Part shown: piece after piece, positions 1 to 8,422 of the stretch
How positions within the stretch are numbered: the first letter of the stretch is position 1
How the letters are laid out: each line of letters starts with the position of its first letter
Assembly: GCA_964474975.1 (NCBI GenBank)
Contig: CAYYUX010000004.1
Span: 1-54,481 of the forward strand
Direction of reading: 5' to 3'
Length of the DNA: 54,481 bases
DNA from: an uncultured Thermodesulfobacteriota bacterium
GTDB lineage: Bacteria; Desulfobacterota; GWC2-55-46; JADFVP01
Position numbers and translations under genes: made by a program
Notes under the pieces: model-generated
Databases searched by the model: none
Seen by the model: only the letters and a program-made list of their open reading frames with translations
Told to the model about the DNA's origin: nothing

Positions 1-361
1 CGTTCTTATAGACAATGGCATTGAGGGAGAGTAGCCCCGACTCGTCAGAGAGCTTGACAACGAGACTACTGCCTTTATCATCAATGTTTTTAAATAACCT
101 CAGCCCCATTTTATCGTCAACATAGGTGTAGCCGGGCTCGTTAATATCCAGAGCAAACTTTTTTGCTACGCTAAGCCCGTCCCTTGCCAGAAAGGATGCA
201 TTCTGATAATCGATAAAACTACCCGTGCTCATTGTATCCAGATGCACGGAAAAGACTATCTCTGCAAGAACGCTGACTATAATAGCCGTTACAAGGAGCG
301 TTATGATAAGCGCGAAGCCTCTCTCGCCGCGTAGTCTCAAAGGCGCTCGTGCAATTATCAT
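1..361 (-). CDS. gspK: Type II secretion minor pseudopilin GspK (N-terminal part; runs off the window edge)
   Basis: Not in the ORF track; read manually. ATG at 361 overlaps the gspJ stop (TGATG). Translation MIIARAPLRLRGERG|FALIITLLVTAIIVSVLAEI... has a prepilin site lacking Glu5, and later 'VKLSDESGLLSLN' matches the GspK DEsgkinlN motif. Follows gspJ. Confidence 0.85.
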   Translation of the reverse strand, partial: MIIARAPLRLRGERGFALIITLLVTAIIVSVLAEIVFSVHLDTMSTGSFIDYQNASFLARDGLSVAKKFALDINEPGYTYVDDKMGLRLFKNIDDKGSSLVVKLSDESGLLSLNAIVYKN

Positions 362-1017
362 CACTTTACCATTGTCTCTACAGTTGCCGTCAATGTCCTT
401 ACCCCCTCAAGGGCATTGATACCTATGGATATCCTTACGGCAAGAGGCACGGCTTTACGCGTCTCGGCGTCCCATGAATCCACCCACTTGTCACCATCGT
501 AAAACTGCGCCTCAAAGCCCCGTATGCCTTCCATTACCTCGGCCCTGCCGCCCTTAACCCCTGTATAGGGGTTCCATGATTCACGGTAGAGCGTAAGTCC
601 GCTCTCCGTATCTTCGGCGCTGTAGCTTACGGCCATGAGGTCGCCCGAGGGGTCCTTTCCGGCAGGATAGGTAAAGTAGGTCATTGAAAGGCTCGCGTTA
701 TCAGCGGAATCAGGGGTTCCGCCCCTGCCGCGCCATAGCGAGACGGCGTTGGAAGGGCTGAAAAAAGAGGCGCGTACCTCCTTTGAAAATATCCCCGAGA
801 AACGGCGAAATTCGCGCAGACGGTCCATCTTCGCCTGAACATTCTCCCTTGTGGAAAGTACGTTGAAGAGGCTCGCGTATATGGCCGTTATTATTACGGC
901 GAGGATAGCGACGGCAATGAGGAGCTCGATGAGCGTAAAACCGGGGGCGTTAAAATCACGTAGGCAAAGGCCCTTGATTATCCCCCTTTGTCTCGGTCTT
1001 CTCTCTATAAAGCCCAT
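361..1017 (-). CDS. gspJ: Type II secretion minor pseudopilin GspJ
   Basis: Prepilin motif G|FTLIELLIAVAIL; C-terminal 'FYDGDKWVDSWD...PLAVRISI' typical of GspJ; operon position. Confidence 0.85.
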   Translation of the reverse strand: MGFIERRPRQRGIIKGLCLRDFNAPGFTLIELLIAVAILAVIITAIYASLFNVLSTRENVQAKMDRLREFRRFSGIFSKEVRASFFSPSNAVSLWRGRGGTPDSADNASLSMTYFTYPAGKDPSGDLMAVSYSAEDTESGLTLYRESWNPYTGVKGGRAEVMEGIRGFEAQFYDGDKWVDSWDAETRKAVPLAVRISIGINALEGVRTLTATVETMVK

Positions 1018-1019
1018 AT

Positions 1020-1412
1020 CTACTTCTCCGGTATCATGGTCTTTATGGTTACGCCCGCCTCGCCAAAACGACTCAGACTCATGGCCTCTGTAATCATCCC
1101 CTTATAAGAGGACATTTGCCTGCTATAACTCCATAAAAACCCCTCATAATCAGGGGAAAGATCTCCATTCTTTTTCTCCGGCTCGCCGTAGAGCCGGACC
1201 TGCTCCAACCTCTCCGCGGCGAGCATGGCGTCAAGTGTCCTGTTGATATTGCCGTCAACAACAGTAAGGTGATAGCTGATACTGGTAAGGGCCGTGACAA
1301 TAACCCCGCCGAGAATGGCAAGGGCCACCATTATCTCAAGGAGCGTAAAGCCCCTCTCTGAGATGACTCTTTCCTGCCGCGGACTCGAGTGGGTTGAGGG
1401 TCTCCTACACAT
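1020..1412 (-). CDS. gspI: Type II secretion minor pseudopilin GspI
   Basis: G|FTLLEIMVALAIL prepilin motif, about 130 aa, between gspH and gspJ. Confidence 0.8.
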   Translation of the reverse strand: MCRRPSTHSSPRQERVISERGFTLLEIMVALAILGGVIVTALTSISYHLTVVDGNINRTLDAMLAAERLEQVRLYGEPEKKNGDLSPDYEGFLWSYSRQMSSYKGMITEAMSLSRFGEAGVTIKTMIPEK

Positions 1413-1932
1413 GACCTTTAATTATCTTGACCTTGCCTGAATATGGGTTGTAACGTAAGGTAAGTTCTTCATCGCCTCTTCGAAGATGGAGGCTGAAGGG
1501 GTCTGCCCCTGCCGAGGGGTTAAAGACTACGGCGGCCTCGCCCTTTGCTATTCTTCCGAGCCCGGCTATGACAATATCCTCTATCTCCGTGGACTTGCCC
1601 AGACTAAAGCCACTTATGTCATGGTCTTTCGAGGCCACGAATCCCTCGCCGTCAGAAGAGGTCTCAACCCTTAAAATCTCTTTTTCAGGATAAAACCAAA
1701 CCCTGTAATAGCGCCCTTCCGTGGTAGCCGTATCATCAAGGTAGCGGAAAAGCCCGGCTATCCGCCGCGCGTCTGACCGAAAACCGTAACTCTCAAGCAC
1801 GCTCATGCCGGGAAAGGCGATAAGAAGCACTGAGGCAACTATGGCGATGACTACTACAAGCTCTATGAGTGTAAAGCCCGCGCAGGAGGCCCTGGCCTCA
1901 GTTGACGTTCCAGCTCTCCACGTCACTGTCAA
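1405..1932 (-). CDS. gspH: Type II secretion minor pseudopilin GspH
   Basis: G|[13 protein letters not shown] prepilin motif; C-terminal '[10 protein letters not shown]'; overlaps the end of gspG. Confidence 0.8.
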   Translation of the reverse strand: MTVTWRAGTSTEARASCAGFTLIELVVVIAIVASVLLIAFPGMSVLESYGFRSDARRIAGLFRYLDDTATTEGRYYRVWFYPEKEILRVETSSDGEGFVASKDHDISGFSLGKSTEIEDIVIAGLGRIAKGEAAVVFNPSAGADPFSLHLRRGDEELTLRYNPYSGKVKIIKGHV

Positions 1933-2374
1933 ACCCCTCGCCGCCTCTTACGCCATCGGCCCCGTAAGAGAGGATATCATAATCCCCGTGGAGACCGGGA
2001 GAGGCGTAGATGTATGGATTGCCCCATGGGTCCAGGGGTATCTTATTATTCTCAAGATACCCGCCCTTGCGCCAGTTCCTGGGGATAATACCTACCGTGG
2101 GTTTCGCGATAAGGGCGTTAAGGCCCTGCTCCGTGGCTGGATAACGGCCATTATCGAGTTTGTAGAGTTTTATGGCAGTCTCGAAGTTCTTTATCTGAAC
2201 CTTGGCCTCAGTCACCTTGGCCTCATCGGTGCGTCCGATGATACGCGGGGCGATAATAGCCGCGAGGATACCGAGAATGACGATTACCACCATGAGCTCT
2301 ATAAGGGTGAAACCGCTATTGCCTCTTAAAAAATTCCGACCACGGCCCTTCTTCTTTTTCATCTCCATATTCAT
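1898..2374 (-). CDS. gspG: Type II secretion major pseudopilin GspG
   Basis: G|[17 protein letters not shown], '[10 protein letters not shown]', '[16 protein letters not shown]', 'SYGADG..GGEG' are GspG signatures. Confidence 0.95.
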   Translation of the reverse strand: MNMEMKKKKGRGRNFLRGNSGFTLIELMVVIVILGILAAIIAPRIIGRTDEAKVTEAKVQIKNFETAIKLYKLDNGRYPATEQGLNALIAKPTVGIIPRNWRKGGYLENNKIPLDPWGNPYIYASPGLHGDYDILSYGADGVRGGEGFDSDVESWNVN

Positions 2375-2525
2375 ATTTTTATCCGGCTCTTCATTAGATG
2401 AAATTTATTATAACCCATGGGAACCCCGGCCTCTTAATATAAACGCTCTGAGCTTATTGTTTGCCGCCTACACGCCATATCGGCCCAGCTATTCCGCCGG
2501 CCCCAACCATTTCACCAGGATTTTT

Positions 2526-2606
2526 CCTCACTAACCCCGAATATCCCCTCACTAACCCCTAATTTCCCTCTCTCCCCCCTGCATACCCCTTGTCCGCAAT
2601 CCCCCC
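2526..2606. repeat. Intergenic C-tract array including the direct repeat CCTCACTAACCCC (x2)
   Basis: CCTCACTAACCCC at 2526-2538 and 2547-2559; seven C3-C6 runs between 2535 and 2606. Confidence 0.7.
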
Positions 2607-2632
2607 TAAGGCCCCTCATCAGGCACGGGGAT

Positions 2633-3883
2633 TTATAAGATGATACCGCCTGCCACGGTAAAGCCATCGTGTTCAAGGACAAAACGGCCCGTCTCCTGAA
2701 TCTTGGAGAATGGATCCACTACAACGGGTCTATCGAGCTTTATCTCCACCTTTGCCACCTCTGATGGCTTTATAATGGAAGCGTCTCTCTCAACTACCTC
2801 AATGGAGGCAGGGTCAAACCTCTGGTAGATCTTCTCTATTGTGGCCCCTGCATCCTGAGTGGCGCACTTGAAGGTCAAGGGTCTGCCAAGGGTGTAGTCC
2901 TTATCGACCATCCAGAATATATTGGCATTTATGGTATCTGTCACATCGGCATCAATGCGGTCAACGACTATCTGCCCCCTATCAAAGCCAACGCCCTCGG
3001 CGGTAATGCCTATGGCGTCACCGGCGGTGGCCTCTTTGATACCATCTTCAAGGTATTTTTTTATTTCCTTGATGCGCGCCTTTTTCTTTTCCGGGAGTAT
3101 AAAGACCTCTTCTCCTGCGCGCAGTACCCCGGCCTCAACCCTGCCTACGGCCACCTTCACGCCATCGATATCATATACGTCCTGCACGGGAAATCTCATT
3201 CCGCGGTCCAGGGCCTTTACGGACTCGAAACTATCGAGGGCGCTAAGCACGGTAGGCCCGTCATACCACTTCATGTTCACGGACTTTTCGGCAACATTGT
3301 CACCCTCCATGGCGGAGATGGGTATGACATAAGAAGGGGTTATGCCGAGGCCAGACAGCACCTTTGTAATATCATCTTTTACCTTGATAAAGGACTCTTC
3401 CGAGTACCCCGTAAGGTCCATCTTGTTAAGTAGCACGGCCACCTGCTTAATGCCGAGGAGGCCGAGGACATGGCAGTGCCTGAGAGTCTGCTCCTCAACA
3501 CCGCGCGCCGCGTCTACAAGCATAATGGCCGCCTCGGCCTGCGAGGTGCCGCTAATCATGTTTTTAAGAAACTCCCTGTGCCCGGGAGCGTCGATGATTA
3601 CGTATCTTCTGCGCTCTGTATTAAAAAATGTATGAGCGATGTCTATGGTGATACCCTGGTCGCGCTCTTCCTGCAGGCAATCCATGACATGGGCGAACTC
3701 TATCTTTCCGTCTTTGCCTTCAGCCTTTGAACTCTCCTTTATCTCCTCCATCTTCGATGGCGAGAGACAGCCCGTATCAAAAAAGAGTCTGCCCACGAGG
3801 GTGCTCTTGCCGTGGTCCACATGCCCTACGATAACAATATGAAGTTCCCTTTCTTCCATTATTGCATCTCCTGTTTTTGTCAT
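2633..3883 (-). CDS. cysN: Sulfate adenylyltransferase GTPase subunit CysN (no fused APS kinase domain)
   Basis: EF-Tu-like motifs [37 protein letters not shown]; immediately downstream of cysD; only 416 aa. Confidence 0.9.
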   Translation of the reverse strand: MTKTGDAIMEERELHIVIVGHVDHGKSTLVGRLFFDTGCLSPSKMEEIKESSKAEGKDGKIEFAHVMDCLQEERDQGITIDIAHTFFNTERRRYVIIDAPGHREFLKNMISGTSQAEAAIMLVDAARGVEEQTLRHCHVLGLLGIKQVAVLLNKMDLTGYSEESFIKVKDDITKVLSGLGITPSYVIPISAMEGDNVAEKSVNMKWYDGPTVLSALDSFESVKALDRGMRFPVQDVYDIDGVKVAVGRVEAGVLRAGEEVFILPEKKKARIKEIKKYLEDGIKEATAGDAIGITAEGVGFDRGQIVVDRIDADVTDTINANIFWMVDKDYTLGRPLTFKCATQDAGATIEKIYQRFDPASIEVVERDASIIKPSEVAKVEIKLDRPVVVDPFSKIQETGRFVLEHDGFTVAGGIIL

Positions 3884-3884
3884 A

Positions 3885-4688
3885 TCACATATACCCCAAT
3901 GCGCGTAGCTTCTGCATAGTGTAGGCGTCTTCCTTGTCCTGCGCCCTGCCGGCCCTCTCAGAGGTAGTTGAGTCAGATATTTCCTCTATTATCTCGTCTA
4001 CATTCGCGGCCTTTGAGTCCACAGGCCCGCAACAGGGCGCGCATCCGATGGAGCGGAACCTCTTGCCTTCCTTGCTGAAGTAGAGCTCCGAGATAGGCAG
4101 GTTCTCTCTCTTAACATACTTCCAGATATCAAGCTCCGTCATATGGAGTATGGGATGGACACGCACATGGTCCTCACCCTCGGACTCTGACTTGTACTGG
4201 TCCCATAGCTCGGCGGGCTGGTCTTCGTAGTTCCACCGGAAGTTCTCGTCCCTTGGGGAAAAGACCCTCTCCTTCGCGCGGATGCCATGCTCGTCGCGTC
4301 TTATGCCGAGGAGCAGGGCCTTGAAGCCGTACTTCGCTATGGTCTGCTTGAGGGCATTGGTCTTCAGTTCGTTACAGCAATCGAGCTTACTGCCCTTGCC
4401 CGGCCCCATGCCGCCGTCAAGGGCCTCGGAGTTACGCCCCACTATGAGGTCGAGACCCCATTCTTTTGCGTACTTATCGCGGAATTCATACATCTCCGGA
4501 AACTTGTAACTCGTATCTATGTGTAATACGGGAAATGGAATTTTGCCGAAAAAGGCCTTTTTACATAGCCATAAAAGGGTTGTAGAGTCCTTACCCACAG
4601 ACCAGAGCAAGGCAATATTTCTGTACTTGGCGTAGGCCTCCCTGATGATAAAGATACTCTTATTCTCAAGCATTGTGAGTTGATCCAT
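3885..4688 (-). CDS. cysD: Sulfate adenylyltransferase catalytic subunit CysD
   Basis: PP-loop LWSVGKDS, '[17 protein letters not shown]', '[12 protein letters not shown]', '[16 protein letters not shown]', 'SERAGRAQD'. Confidence 0.92.
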   Translation of the reverse strand: MDQLTMLENKSIFIIREAYAKYRNIALLWSVGKDSTTLLWLCKKAFFGKIPFPVLHIDTSYKFPEMYEFRDKYAKEWGLDLIVGRNSEALDGGMGPGKGSKLDCCNELKTNALKQTIAKYGFKALLLGIRRDEHGIRAKERVFSPRDENFRWNYEDQPAELWDQYKSESEGEDHVRVHPILHMTELDIWKYVKRENLPISELYFSKEGKRFRSIGCAPCCGPVDSKAANVDEIIEEISDSTTSERAGRAQDKEDAYTMQKLRALGYM

Positions 4689-4711
4689 AACTTCTCCTTG
4701 TAATATGAGAA

Positions 4712-6064
4712 TTAAGCGGAAAAATAATCCAGTATAATCGGGGCAAGGGACTCGATGTGAAGGCGCGACGCCGGTGCCGCCGAATCAGGCAGGATAGAAT
4801 GGGCGTCATGCCTTGTGTGCATACCAGTGAAGCGTCCGTTGCCAAAGGGTTCCGCCTTTTTGAAGGCGCTCTTCAAATCAAAACCGTCATTAGCGAGGCA
4901 GACAAGGTCCGGGCCAACCTCAGCAGAGGGGCCGCTGTACAGCTCGGCCTTATTGTATATCTTTTTTATTACCTTCTGCCCATCATAGGTAAGGGAATCA
5001 AGTACTTTCCTGACCTCGGCAATTACAGCAGGGACATCAGAGGCAGAGACAGCTCCCGCCGGATACTTTCCCTCGGTGTTGATGTATATCCGTGCCGGCT
5101 CCATGGCAAAGGCCTTTGTAGGGGCCTTTATCTGCTCGAAATAATCACGGCTCTCATCAAGATGAAGGATCCCGGCATTCTGAAAAACAGTATTTATATA
5201 CACTTCTTTTTTAAGCTCCGTAAAACCATGGTCCGACATGGTCATGAATAGCCCGTCTCCCTTTGAGAGATCATGAAAACGGGCGAAGAGGGTACCGATA
5301 ATGGCGTCGAGCTTCTGATAAAAACTAACAAAAGCACCGTGATATTTATGGTTTTCATCAAAGGCCGCATCAAAAAAGAAGTGATGAATCCTGTCTGTCT
5401 CCGTAATAACGGCAATAAAGAGATCCCATGGATCATTCACCATGAGGTTCTCAAAGGCCTCCATGCGCTTATCAAGCACATAGTCTACCTCTTCAAAAAA
5501 CCCATCGGGGTTTGAGACGGCCTTTGCGGCATCTACATCGGAGCGGTAGTCAATGGATTTAAGATAATCATAGGCGCTCGCCGGATATGTGCCCTTTTGC
5601 AGGTCTATGCAGACAAAACCCGCCGTCAATATGCCGTTCATGGGCGAAGCCGGGTAGGTCTCGGGTATGTTCATCACAACGGAGCGCAGAGGCTCTGGGA
5701 AGCGTCCGCTGTAACGGTCGCCGAGGGCGGAGCGTTTATCACCAACCGTACCGCCGATGATATCCCAGATGGAAGGCGCGCCTATATTGGAATAGGATGG
5801 AAAATACATGGAGTAGGCCCCGGGCTTCAAGTCCATGAAGCCGTATATACCGTGCTCGCCGGGGTTGGCGCCCGTAAGGAAGGAGGCCCATGATGTTGAT
5901 GATACGTCGGGTATGGACGCGTCCATCTCATGAAGGGCAAAGCCGCTTGAGAGTATCTCCCGGACATGAGGCATGAGGCCCCTCTTCATATATTCCGTAA
6001 TAAGCCCTGTAGATACGCCGTCAAGGCCCACTGCAAGACATCTTTTTTTTCTTGTCTCCGACAA
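4712..6064 (-). CDS. AlkP-superfamily (type I phosphodiesterase/NPP-like) enzyme, cytoplasmic
   Basis: 'VGLDG', nucleophile segment 'SIPDVSSTSWASFLTG.NPGEHGIYGF', 'ETDRIHHFFF', 'MSDHGF', 'GMH'; AGGAGG RBS before the TTG start; no signal peptide. Confidence 0.85.
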   Translation of the reverse strand: MSETRKKRCLAVGLDGVSTGLITEYMKRGLMPHVREILSSGFALHEMDASIPDVSSTSWASFLTGANPGEHGIYGFMDLKPGAYSMYFPSYSNIGAPSIWDIIGGTVGDKRSALGDRYSGRFPEPLRSVVMNIPETYPASPMNGILTAGFVCIDLQKGTYPASAYDYLKSIDYRSDVDAAKAVSNPDGFFEEVDYVLDKRMEAFENLMVNDPWDLFIAVITETDRIHHFFFDAAFDENHKYHGAFVSFYQKLDAIIGTLFARFHDLSKGDGLFMTMSDHGFTELKKEVYINTVFQNAGILHLDESRDYFEQIKAPTKAFAMEPARIYINTEGKYPAGAVSASDVPAVIAEVRKVLDSLTYDGQKVIKKIYNKAELYSGPSAEVGPDLVCLANDGFDLKSAFKKAEPFGNGRFTGMHTRHDAHSILPDSAAPASRLHIESLAPIILDYFSA

Positions 6065-6673
6065 AACATCCTCCTGTTTTTAAAAAATAAGCGCTGTTAT
6101 AAAAGGTCAACTGATGTGGTTATAATAATTCACACACATGATAAGTCCGCCAGGGAATCAACCCCCTGAGAGGGTCAAGGCTCCCTGCCTCCGCGCCATT
6201 ATGGCGCAATTTTCCAGGCCGCCGCGGCCCTAATGCCTCCCTGTGTACTCCACCTTCATTCTCGCACGGCACCAAACTCCCCCTCCAGCCACATCAGCTC
6301 CCCCGCCCCCCCCACTACAACCGGATATTTTCATGCCGGCCTTTTCTTAATGCCCGCCCCCTTTTAAATGCCCGCCAGGCTCTGGGGCCGGGATGACGCC
6401 AGGCTCAGCGTGCCTGCCCGCTATGTTTATTGCGGAGTATCAATATTGAATTATATCCTTTTAGAATTCTTTTTTAAAGCATAAAAGACATAACCAGAGG
6501 GTAATATCCCCCCCCAGGAGAGAGAATGATGCAGAAGAAGACGCTTTAGGACAAAACAGTCTCAATATACATCATTCATATAAGGCCTTTCAGACATCCA
6601 AGGGGCAGTCTCCCCTGCAATCACCGGCCATTATGTCCACGGGAAGCTACGGCAGATTCAACATTGATGGATT

Positions 6674-6717
6674 AAAAAAAGATGCCCCGAGACGCCCCCA
6701 AAAGGCCGACTCGAGGC
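6674..6717 (-). terminator. Probable intrinsic terminator after the S8 protease pair
   Basis: Minus-strand stem GCCTCGAG...CTCGGGGC followed by ATC and T7, about 10 nt after the stop codon. Confidence 0.65.
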
Positions 6718-6726
6718 GGAGATAAC

Positions 6727-8340
6727 CTAAGGAGTGACAGTGTAGGCGAGCATGTCTTCGTCATAGCTCAGACCAGCAACTTCTACTGTGCCAATGATAT
6801 CATACCTGCCCGCTGGAAGAGTAGCTGGTATGGTCTTTGTGAAGTAGGCGGTTCCCAAGGTGGCGGCCTGCATGCTAAATGTCCTTGTGTCAAGCGGCAC
6901 TCTGCTGCCATCGGGCAATACGGCGTCAATGGATACAGATACCATATAATTTGAGAGGCCGTTATTGGTTATGGTAACGGAGTAGGAGGCGCTTCCTCCG
7001 AGAGGTACTGTCTGAGGGCCATTAGGGGCTACGTCTATCAAGACCAGAGGAGGCGGCATACGTAAGGAGTTATTGAGATTAAGTCGTCCGCCCGTACCCA
7101 CTGGGAGGCCAAGGGGGTCCACACCGCCGAGGATCTTCAACTTAACCTCGTTTGCAGTAAGCGTAGCATCCTTGGCCATAAGCAACGCCGCCGCTCCAGC
7201 TACATGCGGCGAGGCCATGGAGGTACCGTCTAAAAAACCATATGTGTTAAAGGGCAGGGTGGATTGGATGGCTACACCAGGGGCGCTAAGGTCCACTGAA
7301 GTCATGCCGAAATTTGAAAAACTTGCCAAGGCATCATAAGAATCCGTTGCGGCAACGGAAATGATATTGGGAAGGTCGTAAGCCGCGGGGTAAAAGGGAG
7401 ACACATCGATGTTCTGACTGTAATTACCTGCGGCGGCTACAAAAAGACTTCTTGATGCCTGTATGGCGTCTTTAAAGGCCTGAGAAAAAGGGGCCCCACC
7501 GTAAGAATTATTAGTTACCCTTACGCCCATGGAGGCCGCGTAGTTGACGGCGCTTATGACATCTGCAGTACTGGCGCGGCAATAAAACCCCCCTAATACC
7601 TTCAAGGGCATTATCTGAATATGCCAGTTGACACCCGCAATGCCTATGCCATTATTACCTACGGCTCCCATTGTACCCGCAGTATGAGTGCCGTGCCCGT
7701 TGCAAACGGCATTTCCATCATAGGGGTCATTGTTATTACTTACAAAATTCCAGCCATGGACATCATCTATATAACCGTTGCCGTCATCATCAATGCCGTT
7801 CCCGGCGATTTCCCTGGGGTTGGTGTATAGATTGGCGGCGAGATCCTCATGTCTCATGTCCATCCCGGTGTCAATATCGGCTACCACCATATGCGAGGTT
7901 CCCTGAAAGGCATTCCATGCCTCGGGCGCGTCTATATCGGCGTCAAAGAGCCCCACGAAAATCCCACCGAAATTGTTAAGCCCCCAGAGGTTCAAAAATA
8001 AGGGGTCATTGGGTGTTGTAGTGGCGTTAAGATCCATGAAGGCGTTACGCTCGGCGTATTTAACGTTCGCCAGCCCCTTCAGAAGACGTACCGCCCTCTT
8101 TGCCATGCCATCAGGCACCTTGACATGAAGGGCATGTATGCGGGCGAAACGCTTGACAATCTTACCGTTCACCATTGATAGCGCCTTATCTACAGATGCC
8201 TGAGTTACGTCATTGTTAAAACGCACAAATAACTCACCAGGCACATAAACAGGCAGGTTCTTCACGGAACCGGCAAAGGCTGCCCCGCTTACTGCTGTAA
8301 TCAAGATAATAATTAAAACCGTGAAGCATTTCCTTAACAT
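6727..8340 (-). CDS. Secreted S8 (subtilisin-like) serine protease with prodomain and C-terminal beta-rich domain
   Basis: Signal peptide; catalytic triad motifs DIDTG, HGTHTAG, GTSMASPHVAG; Ca-binding 'NGIDDDGNGYIDDVHGWNF'. Confidence 0.93.
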   Translation of the reverse strand: MLRKCFTVLIIILITAVSGAAFAGSVKNLPVYVPGELFVRFNNDVTQASVDKALSMVNGKIVKRFARIHALHVKVPDGMAKRAVRLLKGLANVKYAERNAFMDLNATTTPNDPLFLNLWGLNNFGGIFVGLFDADIDAPEAWNAFQGTSHMVVADIDTGMDMRHEDLAANLYTNPREIAGNGIDDDGNGYIDDVHGWNFVSNNNDPYDGNAVCNGHGTHTAGTMGAVGNNGIGIAGVNWHIQIMPLKVLGGFYCRASTADVISAVNYAASMGVRVTNNSYGGAPFSQAFKDAIQASRSLFVAAAGNYSQNIDVSPFYPAAYDLPNIISVAATDSYDALASFSNFGMTSVDLSAPGVAIQSTLPFNTYGFLDGTSMASPHVAGAAALLMAKDATLTANEVKLKILGGVDPLGLPVGTGGRLNLNNSLRMPPPLVLIDVAPNGPQTVPLGGSASYSVTITNNGLSNYMVSVSIDAVLPDGSRVPLDTRTFSMQAATLGTAYFTKTIPATLPAGRYDIIGTVEVAGLSYDEDMLAYTVTP

Positions 8341-8422
8341 GTTGTTGCCGCCTCTCTCGTCTTGGTGTTTAAAAGAAAATTCATAACTTAAGGCAAAGCA
8401 CGCCTACGCCGCAACATATAAC

